64,000 bases of DNA, from assembly GCA_046483495.1 (NCBI GenBank), contig JAWODC010000076.1:1-64000 (forward strand), written 5' to 3'. A model generated the notes under the pieces. It was not told the DNA's origin, did no database searches, and was given only the letters and a program-made list of their open reading frames with translations. The DNA comes from Desulfobacterales bacterium (GTDB taxonomy: Bacteria > Desulfobacterota > Desulfobacteria > Desulfobacterales > UBA5616). The translations under genes were made by a program, and so were the position numbers. Positions 19,057 through 29,273 of this stretch are shown piece after piece (position 1 is the first letter of the stretch; every line of letters begins with the position of its first letter).

Positions 19057-22000
19057 ATGAAAAAACGTCACTGTTTTTTGCGAGTGATGGTGATGTGTAC
19101 CTGTGTGTTTACGGTATTCTTTTTTCCGATTAATTCTGTCGCTGATGCCGGCGAAAAATGGATAGCGAGAATCGAGTCTGTCCAAGGCAATGTTTACGTC
19201 AACATTTCCGGCACAAATCAGTGGCGGCCCGTTCACATGGGGGATACGTGTTGTGTCGGTGATGCGATCAGAGTAGGCAGCCGGAGTCGTGCAACCGTGT
19301 ATTTGCGGGACAGGGGAATGGAGCGATTGGACGAGGAAAGCACGATGCTCATAGAAGGTGTGGATGAAAATAAGAACATCATCCTTAAGCTTTTGGAGGG
19401 TGTTGCCTATTTTTTCAGCCAGGAGCGGTGGAGCTTGAAGGTCAACACCCCCTACTTGGACGGTAACGTAAAAGGGACAGAGTTTCTGGTCAAGGTGGAT
19501 TCTGAACAGACACTGATATCCGTTTTCGAGGGACGGGTTCTGGCATCGAACAGGCATGGAAGCATCAGCCTGGTTGACGGCCAATCTGCGGTTGCAGGCA
19601 AAGAGGAAGCACCGACACTAAAAACCATTGTAAATCCGAGAGATGCTGTCAACTGGGCGCTTTATTACGCTCCGGTTGTCGAGTATGGTGTTGCCGATTA
19701 TTCGGAGGGTGCCGAAAGCCCGGCATATTTTATTGAACATGCCGGTCGACTGCTGGCCGTGGGAAGGGTAAAACAAGCTGAAGCGAATATTAAAAGGGCA
19801 TTGAACCTCGATCCGGATTACAGCAATGCCTTTGCACTCCAATCCATCATTTGCGTGGTCCAGAATAACAAGGATAAAGCCCTCCGTTTGGCTGAAAAAT
19901 CCGTTAAGGCTGATTCAGACAATCCCGCGGCATATATCGCCCTGTCCTATACAAGACAGGCCCGATTCGATCTCGAGGGAGCGCTGGATGCACTCCATCA
20001 GGCCGTGAAAATCGATCCGGATAATGCACTGGCATGGGCGAGGCTTTCGGAACTGCAATTGTCTTTGGGGCATCTCGATTCAGCACTGGCAAGCGCAAAA
20101 AAGGCCACGGAACTGAATCCTGATCTGGCGCGCATTCAAACCGTTCTCGGGTTCGCCTACCTCTCACAAATCGAGACAGCGCAAGCCAAAGAAGCCTTTA
20201 AAAAAGCGACGGAACTGGACCAGGCGGCACCTTTGCCTCGTTTGGGGCTCGGCCTTTCGACCATTCGAGAGGGGGATCTAAAAGAAGGGCGCGTCCAGAT
20301 TGAAGCCGCCGCCAGCCTCGATCCCAACAACGCCATTATACGGAGCTATCTGGGCAAAGCCTATTTCGAAGAAAAGCGGAATACACATGCCCTGCGGCAG
20401 CTTTCGACGGCCAAAGAGCTCGACCCGCTCGATCCCACCCCCTGGTTCTATGGCGCGATTCTCAACCAGACGGTGAATCGCCCGGTCGAGGCATTACATG
20501 ATCTGCAAAAATCGATCCTGTTGAACGACAACCGTGTCGTGTATCGATCACGACTGTTATTGGATGAAGATCTGGCGGCAAGGAGTGCAAGCCTTGCAAG
20601 GATTTACCGTGATCTTGGGTTCGAGCAGCTGGCTCTAACCGAAGGTTGGCGATCGCTGAATTCAGATCCCACAAATTTTTCAGCGCACAGGTTTTTGGCC
20701 GATTCATACGCTGTCCTGCCGAGGCATGAAATCGCAAAGGCGAGTGAACTGCTCCAGTCCCAATTGCTTCAGCCTCTCAACATCACCCCTGTCCCGCCGC
20801 ATTTAGCGGAGAGCCATCTCTTTATTCTGGAAGGCGCGGGGCCGATCACACCGTCTTTTAACGAGTATACGCACCTGTTTCATCGCAACCGGCTTGCGCT
20901 TCAAGCCGGCGGCATATATGGAGAAAACAGCACGCGGGGATATGAAGCCGTTCATTCAGCGGTATTCGGAAAGTTTTCTTACAGTGTCGGTCAATTTTAT
21001 TACGAGACCGATGGATTCCGTTGGAACAACGACCTGGAAGTGGATATCTTCAACCTGTTTGCACAAACGAATCTCAACCACAAAACCAGCGTTCAAGTGG
21101 AATACCGCAATAAAGACACGAAAAACGGCGATCTCGCACAAAGGTTTTTCAAAGATAATTTTCTCCCCAATTTAAATGAAACCGGAAAAACCGAATCCGC
21201 ACGAATAGGATTGCATTATTCCGGTTCACCGGGATCGGATATCATTGCCTCTCTGATCTACCAGGATCTGGAGACATCCTTATACGACCGGTTCGGCATA
21301 GAATTTGAACTGGAAAAAGACGAGTATGCATACATCACCGAACTGCAGTACCTTTTCAGATCGGAACATCTCAACCTTGTTGCCGGTGGTGGGTATCTTG
21401 ACCGAAACAGTACGGATCTCATTACGATAACACCATCGCCGTTTCCCCCTGCCAAAGACGATACGGATATAGAACATTCAAACGCTTATCTATACTCCTA
21501 TACTAATTGTCTGCCGAACGTGACATTTACGTTGGGTTGCAGCGGCGATTTTTTTGATGGGGGTCTCAAAGACCGCGATCAAGTAAACCCAAAAATCGGC
21601 GTTACCTGGAGCCCTTTTCCCAATACCGTACTGCGTGGCGCTGCATTCAAAGTCCTGAAAAGAAGTCTGATCTCGAACCAGACACTCGAGCCGACCCAGG
21701 TGGCAGGGTTTAACCAGTTCTTCGATGATCCCGACTCGACAAAATCGTGGCTCTACGGTGTCGGGGTGGATCAAAAACTTTCCAAAAATCTTTATGTCGG
21801 CGCCGAGTATTCCGTTAGAGAGTTAACACTACCGTTCGAGGATATACCCCTGCCACCCGAACCTCCCATGATAACTATTCGTGAAGTGGATTGGGAGGAA
21901 AGACTATCGCGTGCATACATATACTGGACGCCTCACCCGTGGGTATCGACTGCTGCGGCGTTTCACTATGAGCAATTTGACAGGGACGATCGGTTTACCG

Positions 22001-22335
22001 CGGGTATAGAAGAAGTGGATACCTGCCGATTGCCGTTGGGAATCAATGTTTTTCATCCATGCGGTTTCATTGCCCGTTTCGAGGCCGCCTATACCGACCA
22101 GGACGGCAATTTTCTGCCGCAGGGTTCTATGCCGGGCATGTTCGTTGCCGGTGACGATCAATTCTGGGTCATGGATGCCTCACTCGGTTATCGTCTGCCA
22201 CGGCGTTTAGGGCTGATAAGTATCGAAGGGAAAAATATATTCGACGAATCGTTCAAATACTATGACACCGATCCGATGAAGCCGATTGTACAGCCCGATA
22301 GACTGATACTTTTAAAGGCTTCGCTTGTGTTTTAG
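19057..22335 (+). CDS. FecR + TPR + outer-membrane beta-barrel protein (NsrA-like architecture)
   Basis: Signal peptide; FecR motifs (VNTP..VKGTEF..V.EGRV); many TPRs; amphipathic beta region; terminal Phe. Confidence 0.88.
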   Translation: MKKRHCFLRVMVMCTCVFTVFFFPINSVADAGEKWIARIESVQGNVYVNISGTNQWRPVHMGDTCCVGDAIRVGSRSRATVYLRDRGMERLDEESTMLIEGVDENKNIILKLLEGVAYFFSQERWSLKVNTPYLDGNVKGTEFLVKVDSEQTLISVFEGRVLASNRHGSISLVDGQSAVAGKEEAPTLKTIVNPRDAVNWALYYAPVVEYGVADYSEGAESPAYFIEHAGRLLAVGRVKQAEANIKRALNLDPDYSNAFALQSIICVVQNNKDKALRLAEKSVKADSDNPAAYIALSYTRQARFDLEGALDALHQAVKIDPDNALAWARLSELQLSLGHLDSALASAKKATELNPDLARIQTVLGFAYLSQIETAQAKEAFKKATELDQAAPLPRLGLGLSTIREGDLKEGRVQIEAAASLDPNNAIIRSYLGKAYFEEKRNTHALRQLSTAKELDPLDPTPWFYGAILNQTVNRPVEALHDLQKSILLNDNRVVYRSRLLLDEDLAARSASLARIYRDLGFEQLALTEGWRSLNSDPTNFSAHRFLADSYAVLPRHEIAKASELLQSQLLQPLNITPVPPHLAESHLFILEGAGPITPSFNEYTHLFHRNRLALQAGGIYGENSTRGYEAVHSAVFGKFSYSVGQFYYETDGFRWNNDLEVDIFNLFAQTNLNHKTSVQVEYRNKDTKNGDLAQRFFKDNFLPNLNETGKTESARIGLHYSGSPGSDIIASLIYQDLETSLYDRFGIEFELEKDEYAYITELQYLFRSEHLNLVAGGGYLDRNSTDLITITPSPFPPAKDDTDIEHSNAYLYSYTNCLPNVTFTLGCSGDFFDGGLKDRDQVNPKIGVTWSPFPNTVLRGAAFKVLKRSLISNQTLEPTQVAGFNQFFDDPDSTKSWLYGVGVDQKLSKNLYVGAEYSVRELTLPFEDIPLPPEPPMITIREVDWEERLSRAYIYWTPHPWVSTAAAFHYEQFDRDDRFTAGIEEVDTCRLPLGINVFHPCGFIARFEAAYTDQDGNFLPQGSMPGMFVAGDDQFWVMDASLGYRLPRRLGLISIEGKNIFDESFKYYDTDPMKPIVQPDRLILLKASLVF

Positions 22336-22439
22336 ATTAAACCGCGAATGAAGAGCCTGATTTTTTGTCTTTCGTTCAAAACGGCACTACTTCATTACCT
22401 GAGTTGAACAAGGTCTAACATAAGTCCGATGCCCATCAT

Positions 22440-23228
22440 CTAAATGAGACCAAGGCCAAGGGCTAAGGCAATGCCCAACAGCAGAATCCCGGTGAGTGTC
22501 TGGATGCTTTTCATGGTGACCTTGTGGAGAAAACGCTTACCGGTCATGACCCCGCCGAATGCACCCAAAATACCGGTAAGAATTAAGGGCCATCGATCCG
22601 ATCCGATCGCGGTTCCCATGCCGGTTGCCAGAAAAATGAAAATATAGGTCGCGATTCTGGCCGCATCGACCATGAATCCGATAAACGCATTGGTTCCGAC
22701 AAACGCTTCCGTTGCGATATCCGCTTTAACCAGAAAGGCGGAGCGAAGCGCCCCCTGGTGCCCGGAAAACCCGCCGAAAAACCCGGAAAGAACACCCCCT
22801 GCAACCAGGTGTTGCCGCTTGAACGTCAGTTTTCGAAATTTGGGAGAAAGTTCGATCCAGGCAAAAACAAGCATCAAAAAGCCGACCGCAAGCTTGACGG
22901 GCGTAATGACGGCGGTCTTCGATCCCACTGAATAACGGATGATTGCTTCGAACTGCGAAACATAGCCAAGCGCCGATGCCCCCACAAAAGCGGCGAATAC
23001 AGCGGGAAGACCGAAGCGAAGCACCAGTGAGCGGTCCGCGTGCCTTCCCACGACAAAGATCTTGAACAGGTTGTTGATGCCGTGGACGACGGCAACGGCG
23101 GCAACCGCCACTTCGACGGGGAAAAAAAGCGCAAACACCGGAAGGAGGAGTGTTCCCAGGCCAAACCCGGAAAAAAGCGTCAGGCCTGAAACAAAAAAAG
23201 CCGCGAATGCAACAATAAGGAAATCCAC
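22440..23228 (-). CDS. TSUP (TauE/SafE) family permease
   Basis: TLFSGFGLGTLLLP, GFFGGFSGHQGALRS; hydrophobic throughout. Confidence 0.9.
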   Translation of the reverse strand: MDFLIVAFAAFFVSGLTLFSGFGLGTLLLPVFALFFPVEVAVAAVAVVHGINNLFKIFVVGRHADRSLVLRFGLPAVFAAFVGASALGYVSQFEAIIRYSVGSKTAVITPVKLAVGFLMLVFAWIELSPKFRKLTFKRQHLVAGGVLSGFFGGFSGHQGALRSAFLVKADIATEAFVGTNAFIGFMVDAARIATYIFIFLATGMGTAIGSDRWPLILTGILGAFGGVMTGKRFLHKVTMKSIQTLTGILLLGIALALGLGLI

Positions 23229-23294
23229 CGGATTCTCCAGCTGTTTAGGTGGCAGGAACCAGCCGCCGATTTACAATTGTGCTGCACGATTCGG

Positions 23295-23669
23295 TTATTC
23301 CGGACTTACATTTTTCCAGTAGCTGTCTTTTCGCGATATTTTTCCATTCCTTACGTGATATAAATCAACAGCCCGGACTTTGAATGCTTTGCCGAATTCA
23401 TCGACACCGCTGACCAAAAAGCTGGATACGATCATGTCTTCAAGGAATCGATTATCAAAATCCTCATAGAACGTTTCCTTCCATTCGGCTTTTCGGCGCA
23501 CGATTTCTTTGCAGATCGCTTCCACACCTCTTAGAACAGTGCCGGTCGGTGCTGAACCCTTATGCAGATGCCATTCGATATCGGTTGTGGTGCAATTTTG
23601 AAGCTTGTTAGCATCGGCCTTAAAAAACGCCTTCCCGAATTCAGACAACAATTGTTTCAGCTTTTCCAT
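23295..23669 (-). CDS. NTF2/SnoaL-like protein
   Basis: 124 aa; AVDLYHVRNGKISRKDSYWK C-terminus typical of the family. Confidence 0.82.
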   Translation of the reverse strand: MEKLKQLLSEFGKAFFKADANKLQNCTTTDIEWHLHKGSAPTGTVLRGVEAICKEIVRRKAEWKETFYEDFDNRFLEDMIVSSFLVSGVDEFGKAFKVRAVDLYHVRNGKISRKDSYWKNVSPE

Positions 23670-24026
23670 GTTTTTTCCTTAATCACCGTTAACGCAAAAC
23701 AACAATAAAGTATCTCAAAATAAATAGATTTGTTCAAGATAAAGGTAAAAACTCGTGTGAAGCCGGAGGCGTATTAAAGCATGTTGTGGACTTAATATGA
23801 GGTTTCGAAGAAGATAAACAAACCAACGATCCCAACAACACCAATTCAGCTATTGCCTAAGATAACTACCAGTAGTATTCAGTGCATGTTGACGATTTTT
23901 CGGCCGTGGGAGGCTGATCGTCAGATTTGCTAAAACTCGAGTAACCCAAGATACCCTTTTTCCTTAATTTTCAAACTGCTGAAGAATACGGATACACCCT
24001 TCCTGTTCAACAGCGCTGGAGGATGT

Positions 24027-26033
24027 ATGATCATCATTGGTGTAGATACGGGCGGTACGTTCACGGACATCGTAGTCAGGGAAGATGAAACCCGGCTGGT
24101 GCACAAGGTGCTTTCAACCCCTTCCCGCCCTGAAAAAGCCGTGCTGGACGGATTGAGCCATGTGGCTCGCAACCATAACAAAAAGATTGTCTATGGAACG
24201 ACGGTTGCAACCAACGCCGTTTTGGAAGGAAAAGGAGCGAAAACAGCGCTGATTACGAACAAGGGTTTCGAAGATATTATTGCCATCGGCCGTCAAGATC
24301 GGAAACACCTTTATGTCCTCACATCCGGTAAGCGCCCTTCCCTTGTTCCACCACACCTGAGGTTCGGGGCCAGGGGAAGAATACGCCACACCGGCGATGA
24401 GCTTGAAAAATTGGATTTCGAAGCGATCTCGAAAATCATTGACCGCTTAAGAGAGGCCGCGGTCGAGTCCGTGGCCGTCAGCCTCCTTTTTTCGTATATC
24501 AATCCGCGCCATGAGCAGGACATATTCGATCGATTAGACGTACTGGGCATTCCCGTGTCCCTGTCCCATGAGATACTCGCAGAATTCAGGGAATATGAAA
24601 GGACCTCGACAACGGTCCTGAATGCTTACGTACGCCCTAAGATGGCTGAACATGTAGGAAAACTGATAGAGAGTCTTGAAGCGGAAGACAGGCTTTCCAT
24701 TATGCAGTCCAACGGCGGGAGCCTTTCCGCGGAGACGGCTATGGCGGCATCGGTTCGGACAGTCCTGTCGGGTCCGGCAGGAGGAGCCGTGGGTGCCCTG
24801 GAGATGGGGAGAACGGCCGGTTTTTCAAAAATAATTTCCTTTGATATGGGGGGCACTTCCACGGATGTCTGCCTGATCGACGGCACCCTCCCCCTGACAA
24901 CGGAATCTGAAATAGCGGGTTATCCGATAAAGGTTCCTGTAATGGATATTCACACGGTGGGTGCAGGCGGCGGCTCGATCGTTTCTCTGGATCCGGGGGG
25001 TGCCCTCAAGGTAGGTCCTGAAAGCGCGGGGGCGCACCCCGGCCCCATCTGCTACGGCAAAGGAAAGCTCATCACGGTAACGGATGCAAACCTTTATCTG
25101 GGACGGCTGATCCCCGAGTACTTTCTTGGGGGAGCCTTCGATCTGTACCCTGAAAGGCTCGAACCCTTTTTTAAATCGATGGAAAAGGAGACGGGCCTTT
25201 CCGGACCCGAGCTTGCCGAGGGCATTCTTACCGTGGCCAATACAGCTATGGAAAAGGCCGTCAGGGTGATATCCGTGGAACGGGGAAATGACCCGAGAGA
25301 TTTCGCGCTGTTTTCATTCGGCGGCGCCGGAGGGATGCACGGGGCCTTTCTTGCACGGATGTTAAACATTCCAAAGGTGATTATTCCGCCGAACCCGGGA
25401 ATGGTATCGGCTATGGGCATGCTGCTTGCCGACACGGTCAAGGACTATTCCCTTACCGTGATGAAACCCGGGCGGCAAACGCCGCGCCAAGAGCTTGAAA
25501 CGCTTTTTGACGGGCTCAACAAACGGGGATTAAATGATCTTTCCGATGAGGGAATCACCAAAGCGCATATGGCATTTGAAAGGCACCTGGATATGCGCTA
25601 TACAGGACAATCCTATGAGTTGATGGTTCCTTTTGTCGAGGATTTTATTGAAAAATTCCATCAGCTTCATGAGAAGGCATATGGATACCGAAACCCGGAA
25701 AGAGACATCGACATCGTCAATATAAGGCTGCGGGCACGGGGAATTATGGATAACCCTGCGCCCGAAAAAAAGAGGCCTGTTTCCAGTGCACCGGTTGAGG
25801 ATGCAATTCTGGGATCTCGGCCCGTGTATTTTGATCGGCGGCAGGTGAACACCCGAATCATTCAGCGGGAAAGGCTGATGAGCGGCAATGAATTGGCCGG
25901 TCCGGCCATCGTCGTCGAGTACTCCTCAACCATTGTCATCCCTCCCTTTGCCCAGGCGTTTGTGGATGGATATGGAAACATTATTCTTGACATCATTCGT
26001 CAGCGCCCGTTTAGAAGCGGGCAGCGGGGATAA
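24027..26033 (+). CDS. Hydantoinase/oxoprolinase subunit A (ATP-dependent)
   Basis: GVDTGGTFTD, EFREYERTSTT, SGPAGG, DMGGTSTD, GAGGGS, GPESAGA. Confidence 0.93.
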   Translation: MIIIGVDTGGTFTDIVVREDETRLVHKVLSTPSRPEKAVLDGLSHVARNHNKKIVYGTTVATNAVLEGKGAKTALITNKGFEDIIAIGRQDRKHLYVLTSGKRPSLVPPHLRFGARGRIRHTGDELEKLDFEAISKIIDRLREAAVESVAVSLLFSYINPRHEQDIFDRLDVLGIPVSLSHEILAEFREYERTSTTVLNAYVRPKMAEHVGKLIESLEAEDRLSIMQSNGGSLSAETAMAASVRTVLSGPAGGAVGALEMGRTAGFSKIISFDMGGTSTDVCLIDGTLPLTTESEIAGYPIKVPVMDIHTVGAGGGSIVSLDPGGALKVGPESAGAHPGPICYGKGKLITVTDANLYLGRLIPEYFLGGAFDLYPERLEPFFKSMEKETGLSGPELAEGILTVANTAMEKAVRVISVERGNDPRDFALFSFGGAGGMHGAFLARMLNIPKVIIPPNPGMVSAMGMLLADTVKDYSLTVMKPGRQTPRQELETLFDGLNKRGLNDLSDEGITKAHMAFERHLDMRYTGQSYELMVPFVEDFIEKFHQLHEKAYGYRNPERDIDIVNIRLRARGIMDNPAPEKKRPVSSAPVEDAILGSRPVYFDRRQVNTRIIQRERLMSGNELAGPAIVVEYSSTIVIPPFAQAFVDGYGNIILDIIRQRPFRSGQRG

Positions 26034-26035
26034 GA

Positions 26036-27616
26036 ATGAAGCAGAATCCAATACTGATGGAAGTTTTCCGGCACCGTTTTTCATCTGTTGCAGAAGAGAT
26101 GGGGGTCAGTTTGAAACGAACCGCTTTTTCCCCCAACATCAAAGAAAGGCAGGACTTTTCCTGTGCCGTATTCAATCATGCGGGGGAAACGGTTGCACAG
26201 GCCGCCCACATCCCCGTACACCTGGGCTCCATGCCGCTTTCCGTCAAGTCGGCGATAAACGGCATCACATGGCATGACGGCGATATGGTCATTTTGAACG
26301 ATCCCTTCAAGGGCGGCACCCATTTGCCGGATATCACCATTGTAGCGCCCGTGTTCTTTCGCGGCTCTTCCCCATGCTTTTTCGTGGCGAACAGGGCGCA
26401 CCACGCCGATGTCGGAGGAATGAGTTCCGGTTCAATGCCCCTTTCCACCTCCATTTTCCAGGAAGGCATCATCATCCCACCCATGAAAATCGTGGAAAAG
26501 GGCAAGACGGATCCTAAACTGGTGTCGTTTTTATTGAACAACGTCCGAACCCCGGAAGAAAGAAAAGGCGATCTCGATGCCCAGATCATGGCGAACATGA
26601 CAGGCATTCGAAGGACCCTGGAAATGCTGGAAAAATACTCCTTTGATGAAGTTTCCTTTTATGCAGACGCCCTGATGCATTATGCCGAGCGTATGATGCG
26701 GGACAGAATTTCGCACATTCCCGACGGGGTCTATGACTTTGAAGATTTTCTGGAAGACGACGGCATATCCGACAAGAAAATAAGAATCCACGTGACCATA
26801 ACCATCGAAGGCGAGAGGGTGATTGTTGATTTTACAGGCTCAGGCGACCAGGGTAAAGGGTGTGTGAATGCCGTCTATGCGATTACGCTTTCCGCTGTTT
26901 TATACGTATTCCGATCACTGATCGAACGTGATATCCCGACAAACGGCGGATGCCTGAAGCCGCTTAACGTCCTCACCCGAAGGGGAAGTGTGGTGGACGC
27001 CCGGTTTCCGGCCGCAGTGGCCGGGGGAAATGTCGAGACTTCACAGCGAATCGTGGACGTTATTTTAGGCGCCCTGTCCCATGCGCTGCCCGAAACCATT
27101 CCTGCGGCAAGCCAGGGAACGATGAACAATATCGCCATCGGCGGAGTTGACAGGCGGACGGGAAAGCCGTTTGCCTATTACGAAACCATCGGCGGGGGTA
27201 TGGGCGCTTCGGCCAAAAAAGACGGAGAAAGCGCTGTTCACTCCCATATGACAAATACGCTGAATACACCCATAGAGGCGCTTGAATATGCCTATCCCTT
27301 TATGGTGACCACTTACGCCATCAGGAAACATTCAGGAGGAAAAGGCCTGCACCGGGGAGGAGACGGCATTATCCGTGAGATTAAGCTGCTGTCCGATGCA
27401 GAAGTGACGGTTCTGTCGGAGAGAAGAAAGCTTTCTCCGTATGGCCTGTTCGGCGGAACCGCCGGAAAACCGGGCAAGAACATGATCATTCGAAAAGAGA
27501 AACCGGAGATAAAACCCTCCAAATTTTTCGAATTCTTAGATGAAGGTGATGTCGTTCGAATAGAAACGCCTGGAGGCGGCGGGTATGGTGGTGAAGTTTT
27601 TCGTGAAATACCCTAA
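26036..27616 (+). CDS. Hydantoinase B/oxoprolinase subunit
   Basis: SPNIKERQDFSCA, IPVHLGSM, NDPFKGGTHLPD, HHADVGG, ETPGGGGYG. Confidence 0.93.
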   Translation: MKQNPILMEVFRHRFSSVAEEMGVSLKRTAFSPNIKERQDFSCAVFNHAGETVAQAAHIPVHLGSMPLSVKSAINGITWHDGDMVILNDPFKGGTHLPDITIVAPVFFRGSSPCFFVANRAHHADVGGMSSGSMPLSTSIFQEGIIIPPMKIVEKGKTDPKLVSFLLNNVRTPEERKGDLDAQIMANMTGIRRTLEMLEKYSFDEVSFYADALMHYAERMMRDRISHIPDGVYDFEDFLEDDGISDKKIRIHVTITIEGERVIVDFTGSGDQGKGCVNAVYAITLSAVLYVFRSLIERDIPTNGGCLKPLNVLTRRGSVVDARFPAAVAGGNVETSQRIVDVILGALSHALPETIPAASQGTMNNIAIGGVDRRTGKPFAYYETIGGGMGASAKKDGESAVHSHMTNTLNTPIEALEYAYPFMVTTYAIRKHSGGKGLHRGGDGIIREIKLLSDAEVTVLSERRKLSPYGLFGGTAGKPGKNMIIRKEKPEIKPSKFFEFLDEGDVVRIETPGGGGYGGEVFREIP

Positions 27617-27683
27617 CATGAATGCCGATCACTGTTTGACATGACAGCTTATTTTTGCAATATATTCTTAGTTTCATCTACTG

Positions 27684-27699
27684 ATTTGAATCGATTCAG
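27684..27699. promoter_or_regulatory. Candidate operator ATTTGAATCGATTCAG (LacI-like palindrome)
   Basis: Palindromic core TGAATCGATTCA; the identical 16-mer occurs inverted at 63436-63451; both sites are intergenic. Confidence 0.5.
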
Positions 27700-27875
27700 G
27701 ATGGCGCCTTGGACTGAATCGAATTTTCGTTTCCGGATGGACATCGGCAAGTTGTGAACCGTTCGTCAATTTCAACACTTAGACCGAAAGGTTAAAACGT
27801 TTCCCCCTCTTTGTTGAACGTTAAAAAGCGTTTAGACCCAATACCCTTTCCTTTAGCCTCACAGCAGGTCAAACT

Positions 27876-29120
27876 ATGGAAAAAAAATTCTCAAGCCGCA
27901 CAACTGAAAAGAACGGGAAAAAAGCGCTGGACGGGCTCAAAGTCGTCGAGTACGGCCAGATGATCAGTGGTCCCTATTGCACCAAGATGCTGGCAGACCT
28001 TGGTGCCGAGGTGATCAAAATCGAACCGCCCGGATCCGGCGACACATCACGAGCCATCGGGCCTTTTGCAGACAATATTCCCCACATCGAGGGAAGCGGG
28101 CTTTTCTCTTATCTAAATACAAATAAAATGGGAATTACTCTGAATCCGGGAAGCAGGATCGGAAAAAACCTATTTACGCAAATTCTGGAACAAGCAGATA
28201 TTCTTGTTGAAAACAACCCTCCATATTTACTTAAAAAATGGGGGATGGCATATGAAGACCTCGCAAAAGACAAAAGCGAATTGATCATGGCTTCAATATC
28301 GCCTTTCGGGCAGAGCGGTCCCTATAAAGACTTTAAGGGATGTGAGCTTATCACGTACCACACCAGCGGGGCCGGACATACCACACCAAGATCCGGAAAA
28401 CCGGATCAAGCCCCACTAAAGGTAGGTGCACGCGTAACCGAGTTCTATGCCGGCATGAATGCAGCACTCGCCGTCATGGCGGCGGTTCTGGTCAGAGAGA
28501 TGACCCGGAAAGGGCAATACATCGACATTTCCTCTCAAGAATGTTTTTTGAACAATTCATGGGCAGGCATTCCGTACTGGATGTTCGCCGGGGACCCCAT
28601 GGGAAGAGGGGGCAGGCATCCATGGGCTCCTATGGCCATCCTTCCCTGCAGGGATGGATACGTCAGCTTTCAGTTTCAATCCGAACAGCAATGGCAGGAT
28701 CTGGTGGAGCTGATGGGCACTCCGGATTGGGCGGAAAGCGAACTGTTCAAAGATCAGTTTGCCCGGGGGGAGAATTGGGACGGACTTGAACTCCTCATGA
28801 TTGAATGGCTCAACGGCCAATCCAAACAGGCTTTCTTCCATGCAGCCCAAGCAAAAAGATGCCCCGTCGGGCCGGTTAACCGGATGGACGAGGTGTTAAA
28901 CTGTGAACACCTGGCTGACAGGGGCTTTTTTGTAAACATCGATATCCCGGGAACAGGGGGTGTGAAGTGCCCCTCAGCACCGTATCGATTTTCCAAAACC
29001 CCCTGGCAACTCGTTCATCCGGCCCCCACGTTGGGTCAGCACAACGAGGCGATTTATTGTAAGCGCCTGGGGTATTCGCGTAAAGACCTGTCCAGAATCA
29101 GGGGATTGGGGATTATTTAG
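27876..29120 (+). CDS. Family III CoA-transferase (CaiB/BaiF), BbsE-like subunit
   Basis: LADLGAEVIKIEPP, NTNKMGITL, FGQSGPY, APTLGQHN; Glu at the usual catalytic Asp position (VTEFYAG). Confidence 0.9.
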   Translation: MEKKFSSRTTEKNGKKALDGLKVVEYGQMISGPYCTKMLADLGAEVIKIEPPGSGDTSRAIGPFADNIPHIEGSGLFSYLNTNKMGITLNPGSRIGKNLFTQILEQADILVENNPPYLLKKWGMAYEDLAKDKSELIMASISPFGQSGPYKDFKGCELITYHTSGAGHTTPRSGKPDQAPLKVGARVTEFYAGMNAALAVMAAVLVREMTRKGQYIDISSQECFLNNSWAGIPYWMFAGDPMGRGGRHPWAPMAILPCRDGYVSFQFQSEQQWQDLVELMGTPDWAESELFKDQFARGENWDGLELLMIEWLNGQSKQAFFHAAQAKRCPVGPVNRMDEVLNCEHLADRGFFVNIDIPGTGGVKCPSAPYRFSKTPWQLVHPAPTLGQHNEAIYCKRLGYSRKDLSRIRGLGII

Positions 29121-29254
29121 TGATCATCCGGAAATGGCTGATTCGCTCTATTTCTGCTTGGCCGGAAAATTGATGCATTTAGAGCTATCCTGCGGATTAA
29201 ATTTCTCGGCCGCCCTTTACCTGAAACAATCTTCTCATTTCCCAGTGGACACCA
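29118..29254 (-). repeat. Palindromic interspersed element, copy B (inverted, eroded core)
   Basis: Starts TAGTGATCATCCGGAAATGGCTGATTCGCTC, matching the reverse complement of the right arm of 36120-36266. Its TAG is the stop codon of the upstream gene. Confidence 0.8.
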
Positions 29255-29273
29255 GCGGAGGAGATGATTTTCA

